Below are positions 62,200 through 64,000 of a DNA stretch of 64,000 nt, in pieces. Each line of letters opens with the position of its first letter. Positions within the stretch are counted from its first letter, which is position 1. Origin of the DNA: Centroscyllium fabricii (taxonomy: Eukaryota); assembly GCA_051313645.2 (NCBI GenBank), contig JBNRSN020000028.1, positions 46,128,001 to 46,192,000 on the forward strand. The letters run 5' to 3'. The translations under genes and the position numbers were made by a program. The notes under the pieces are model-generated. The model had not been told where the DNA came from. It made no database searches and worked only from the letters and a program-made list of their open reading frames with translations.

Positions 62200-62850
62200 T
62201 GAGTCATAACGGCACAGAAGGAGGCCATTCGGCCCATCGAGTCAGTGCCGGCGCTCTAGAGCAATCTAGTCAGACCCATTCTCCTGCTCTATCCCTGTAG
62301 CCCTGCAAGTTTATTTCCCTCAGGTGCCTATCTAGTGTCTTCGCTTCCACCAGCAGCGAGTTCCAGGTCCTCACCACTCGCTTCATGAAAGTGTTTCCTT
62401 TCGTCCCCCCTGTATCTCTTGCCCAACACCTTAAATCTGTGTCCCTAGTCCTTGGACCATCAACTATTGATAACAGCCTTTCCACGTCTAGACTATCCAA
62501 ACCCATCAGAATCGTGTACACCGCTATCAAGTCACCCCTCAATTTCCTTTGCTCTAATGAAAACAAATGCAGCTTTTCCAACCGCTCCTTGTAACTAAGA
62601 TCCCCCATCCCTGGTACCATTCTGGAAAATCTCCTCTGCACCCTCTCAACGGCTTTCACATCCTTCCTAAAGTGCGGTGACCAGAACTGGATGCAATCAT
62701 CCTGCTGTGGCGGAACCAGCGCTATATAAAGGTTCAGCATAATTTCTCTACTTTTGGACTCAATGCCTCTATTATTGAAGCCCAAGCTCCCATATGCTTT
62801 GCTAACCACACTCTCAATATTTTCTGCCACCTTCAGGGAACTATGCACGT
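62200..62850 (-). mobile_element. CR1 3' part
   Basis: Minus ORF FWSPHFRKDVKAVERVQRRFSRMVPG..LFSLEQRKLRGDLI. Confidence 0.9.
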
Positions 62851-64000
62851 TAATTCATTTTCTCACGGGGTGTTCAGTTCTGTGGCGGTCAGAAGACCGC
62901 TTTCACTGTCCTCAGCATCCGCCCACCTCATCTGGGGCTCTTCAGTTCAGTGAAGTTGGGGGGGTGGGGGAGGTGTTGAGCAGGGAGGCAGCTTTTCTTC
63001 AGTTCAGTAGCGGGGTTGGCTTTGAACAGAGAGGCGGCGTTTCTTTAGTTCAGTGCGGGGTTGGCTTCAAAATGACAGGCAGCTTTTCTGCATGTTGTAC
63101 AATAGTCCACATGTTGGAGTTCAATGTTTGTCTCACACCCGACGCACAGATTACACAGGTGACTGTGGATCTTCCACAGCGACTGAAGAATTGCTCTGTA
63201 AATAACTTGAATATATAGAACGCCAAGGCACCTGAGGGCTGAGCGCGCCCTCACAACCGCAAAACCAGCTTGAGCCAATCCGCAGGAGAAAGGGGAAGAG
63301 AAATCAGACACATTCATCAATTACAGCAATGTGATCTAACCATTGAAATAAAATATGAATAACGTGATAAAGATGTGTGAGCACGGGTTCGCGGTGTAAT
63401 GCTGGTATCTCGCCTGCTTGTGCACTGCACTGATATAATGAGCAATAACAGATTTTCATTTAAAGCAATCACACGGTGACCTTTCCCAGTCACACCCAGC
63501 GGGTTACTTGGAGCCGCGGCAGGTGGGAACAAAACTTGGATCCTTGGAGCTGAGGGAGGAGAAATGTTATTCAACTTGATTTCAACGCAATTATTATAGG
63601 TACATGTAATTCAGTTTAAACACACGAAGATATTTGTGTAGGTTCATTGTCTCCATCTATGCTCGATCGTCCAGAAAGAGTTTAACGGGAGCAGGGCAGT
63701 TCCCTCGCTGCTCACAGCGCGGTGGTTGGAGAAAATGGAGACACATTTGGAAGTGGTATTTCGAGGTGGGTATTCGGGTCGGCTTATTTCACTCTGCACC
63801 AGTATACAGGCCGAGTACAATCATGAAAGTAAACAAGCGACATCATCACTTGAAGGTAATTGCAATCATCCGTCGCACTGTACAACGGCCGAACAATGTG
63901 TAACTACGGTCGAACCAATAACGCTGTACAGGCGACTCCGGGAGGAACACATTGCACAAAGGGTGGACAATAACAAGTGACTGAGACGATTCAGATAACT

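Noticed and set aside
62850-63220. Possible additional TE or exon (ORFs 62754..63218 and 63045..63320)
   Set aside because: No recognisable motifs; left unclassified
63634-63980. Plus-strand ORFs with a possible donor (GAAG|gtaatt); candidate exon 1 of gene 2
   Set aside because: Wrong strand for gene 2, no TM1-like GVP peptide, no recognisable homology

Overview
Eukaryotic, repeat-dense vertebrate DNA, most likely a cartilaginous fish (shark/ray), judging from HE1-type SINEs with (TTTCTATG)n tails, a Deu-domain SINE, abundant CR1 LINEs and the GPCR family present. Only two host genes are supported, both on the minus strand. They are paralogous class A GPCRs of the GPR139/GPR142-like type: one complete two-exon gene (exon 1 21229-21295, exon 2 15318-16225, 324 aa) and the large exon of a second (60153-61054), whose exon 1 was not found in the window. 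Between them lies a ~25-kb array of a 46-bp satellite with kilobase-scale higher-order duplications and small repeated inversions. A near-consensus CTCF motif sits between the array and the second gene. The rest is nested transposon debris: CR1, L2, RTE and Penelope fragments (with decayed hammerhead ribozymes), a Mag-like Gypsy element with a palindrome in place of a PBS, a chromodomain Gypsy (sushi/Tf1-like) remnant, a related solo LTR, and a non-coding two-LTR derivative with a self-priming signature. Most short ORFs in the track are repeat artefacts. Boundaries of old elements are approximate, and all comparisons were made by eye.
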